A stretch of 64,000 bases of DNA from a virus. Positions 61,823 to 64,000 of this stretch are shown one piece after another (the first letter of the stretch is position 1; each line of letters starts with the position of its first letter). The stretch is from positions 253 to 64,252 of the IMG/VR virus record IMGVR_UViG_3300029585_000027; one strand, written 5' to 3'. Below the pieces are notes generated by a model, which worked only from the letters and a program-made list of their open reading frames with translations, had not been told where the DNA came from and ran no database searches. The translations under genes were made by a program, and so were the position numbers.

Positions 61823-64000
61823 CATGCCCTAGTGGATTTGAATTTCTACATAGACCATATCCATACCCTCGTGAACCTTTTAGGCTTAACCCTCAAGAAA
61901 TTGTTGGTTACGAGGGGCGCTACTTCTCTATCCCCGCCTTTGCTCTTCTAGCTGACAAGAGATTATTCACTGAGGCAACTAGTCACCCAGTTGATACACC
62001 GATTGCTCTTTACATCAATAAAGATGCAGGGTTGTTTCAGTTTATCGAACCTACGCTTAATGCTAGTGGTTATGAGGTTGCCACACCTCACTATGCAGAC
62101 TATGTCCTAGACATGAGGACTCTACTAGAGGATGTTGTCTCTCTACATGCTAACGACACAGAGTATTCATTCAATGAGTTCTTTGCATCGCACATGAAGA
62201 GAAATCGTTCTTCATACGATCTACTAAACTCCAGTGCGTCTGGAGTAAGCGACCTAGATTATGTTCACCCCGCTCCGACAAACACCGTTCCCGTTGCTCC
62301 GTCAAGCACGATCATAGTTACGACAAGCGGTAATACAATTGAGCTAGGTGCCCTACAATTCCAAGACATTGATATAGATGAGGTTATGTGGCAGCCGTTC
62401 ACAAGACCAAAGTCTACGTCAACAACATCCCAAGGGGTGCCGACTCAACCGATCTTCCCAGCAGCTCTACCCAACGGTGACTTACCCACCTTTAGCGCAA
62501 AGGACCAGGAAGAATTTGGCAAGCTTGGCCTGGACGTCTCGACATCTGGCGGTGTGCTTATCACTGGTGATCGTCTCGTGCAGGGAACTAGCATCAAGCT
62601 ACTAACGGGCTCTGGTCAAGTTGGAGCATTCGATGGTGACTTCATTCGCAACATCCCGTGGGCGCGGTTCCCGGCTCAAGATGAACTTAATCGATACTAC
62701 GAAACTCAAAACAGTGGTTGCATCAACGCATCTGGTCGTCAGGCTATCTACAACATTCCGGCTGGACTATCCAATGACTCAGTCTATCTTCTAGATGTCT
62801 CTGATACTGGCACTAGCGGTCAGCTAATCCAACACTACCCAGCTAACTATAGCGCAACTAGTGGCATTAACAAGAATGGTATAGCACATCCCGGAGTGCA
62901 TGTGGTTGATAGGTTGATGTATAGCCTAAACGAGTTCAGTGCCAACAACCTTGCCGCAGGCAGAAGCCTTGTCAATGGTAAGAAGGTGTTTGGGCATTTT
63001 GTTGGTGATGAGACCAACCAAAGAGGTGAAACTGTCACATCCAAGTTTAAGTATGCAAACGGGAATACTGTTTATACATTTGGAGGAGTGCAGAACCCGA
63101 GAGTATCAAATACCATATCTTCTGTCAACTGGGCTACAATGGACAATACATTGTCTCCAGCATCATGGGGGGTGCAGTTTACATCAGCATTTCAACCCCG
63201 TATTGGTTTGTTCGGAGCCCCACCAAGCACCACATGGACACTTGGTGATATTATGGCGGCAGAGGATGGTGTTGTCTGGTTTAAGGTTTACAATCAATGG
63301 GGCACTATGGATCGCATGGTTTGTCCGGGTAGTGATTTTGCAGGTGGCGGAGAAGCAACTGAAGATACAATTGATTATGAAACACACACCTTTAGAGAGG
63401 GCACCAATCCGATCACTGGAGAGTTTGAGTGGATTGAATTAGATCCACCAGAGTCACCGACCTTCTCGTCTCAAACCGTAAAGTATTTTAGAGATACATA
63501 CACGATTGGCAACATCATGTCGTTCTTCTTCAACCGAAAGATCAACCATGGTTTTGTTCATGCTAAGGGAGAAACCTACATCCAGTGGAGTGAACTGGGT
63601 AATTTTGGAATTCAGCTCAAACCACGCTATGGTAAGCTTGCCCCAATTAGCTCTGCTCCTAGATCGACTCAGCAAAGCCCACCAACTGCGCACTCATCTA
63701 GCACCTATGTAGTCGGATTCTTTCCGAGTTGGAAGATTAGGCTTCAGGTGACTACCAACAATCAAATCACCATTCCGCAGAGCATGGGTATCACCCCAGC
63801 GGCATCTGTAGATATTACGTTTCATCCAGACCTCCCAATGACTTCGGCTGATGTTGATACATTCGGTCCAGTGGTTTGGGATCCAGACACTTCGTTACAT
63901 TACCTGTATTTTACTACCATCAATGGCAACAGACCATTCTTTGCCAAGATGGATTCTTCATTTCAAATCGTTCACATTAATCGAGTGGCCAGCACAGATG
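61819..64000 (+). CDS. virion/tail protein, 3' partial
   Basis: Not in ORF track; ATGA overlap with the previous gene; frame read open to the window end (727 codons); Ser/Thr/Gly/Pro-rich. Confidence 0.8.
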   Translation, partial: MTCPSGFEFLHRPYPYPREPFRLNPQEIVGYEGRYFSIPAFALLADKRLFTEATSHPVDTPIALYINKDAGLFQFIEPTLNASGYEVATPHYADYVLDMRTLLEDVVSLHANDTEYSFNEFFASHMKRNRSSYDLLNSSASGVSDLDYVHPAPTNTVPVAPSSTIIVTTSGNTIELGALQFQDIDIDEVMWQPFTRPKSTSTTSQGVPTQPIFPAALPNGDLPTFSAKDQEEFGKLGLDVSTSGGVLITGDRLVQGTSIKLLTGSGQVGAFDGDFIRNIPWARFPAQDELNRYYETQNSGCINASGRQAIYNIPAGLSNDSVYLLDVSDTGTSGQLIQHYPANYSATSGINKNGIAHPGVHVVDRLMYSLNEFSANNLAAGRSLVNGKKVFGHFVGDETNQRGETVTSKFKYANGNTVYTFGGVQNPRVSNTISSVNWATMDNTLSPASWGVQFTSAFQPRIGLFGAPPSTTWTLGDIMAAEDGVVWFKVYNQWGTMDRMVCPGSDFAGGGEATEDTIDYETHTFREGTNPITGEFEWIELDPPESPTFSSQTVKYFRDTYTIGNIMSFFFNRKINHGFVHAKGETYIQWSELGNFGIQLKPRYGKLAPISSAPRSTQQSPPTAHSSSTYVVGFFPSWKIRLQVTTNNQITIPQSMGITPAASVDITFHPDLPMTSADVDTFGPVVWDPDTSLHYLYFTTINGNRPFFAKMDSSFQIVHINRVASTD

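Noticed and set aside
1-64000. TAG stop-codon reassignment, suspected because CTAG is frequent
   Set aside because: Conserved genes (TerL, MCP, TMP, ligase, CCA enzyme) are full length in code 11, and several TAGs are followed immediately by the next ATG, so TAG acts as stop.

Overview
Fragment of a large tailed dsDNA phage genome (Caudoviricetes, probably siphovirus-like because no sheath gene is seen; standard genetic code) with two divergent arms. Left arm (1 to ~24.4 kb, minus strand): early/accessory genes driven by many host sigma70-type promoters (TTGACN-17-TATACT). It carries a MoxR-like AAA ATPase fused to BRCT beside a DUF2201-type metallopeptidase, family-4 UDG, CCA-adding/HD enzyme, MazG-like protein, cupin, cyclic-phosphate receiver domain, DUF932, (p)ppGpp-hydrolase-like HD protein, ATP-dependent ligase, an amidoligase plus Ntn-amidotransferase operon and dozens of small ORFs. 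Right arm (24.7 to 64 kb, plus strand): phage sigma factor, ERCC4 nuclease, terminase, portal, protease/scaffold, decoration, major capsid, neck, tail tube, chaperones, 2123-aa tape measure and tail-tip/LamG proteins, with a shared TTAGTGTAT late-promoter motif. Most notable non-coding signals: (1) a 117-nt 'mini-tmRNA' (20853-20969, minus) with an intact alanine-identity tRNA-like domain, own promoter and terminator, but no recognisable mRNA-like domain; (2) a repeated GCAAGCCCGAGAGGGC element at the borders of early transcription units; (3) a CAACTAG heptamer strongly enriched at early gene junctions; (4) a second, degenerate tRNA-shaped RNA. All calls come from reading motifs by eye; no database searches were run.
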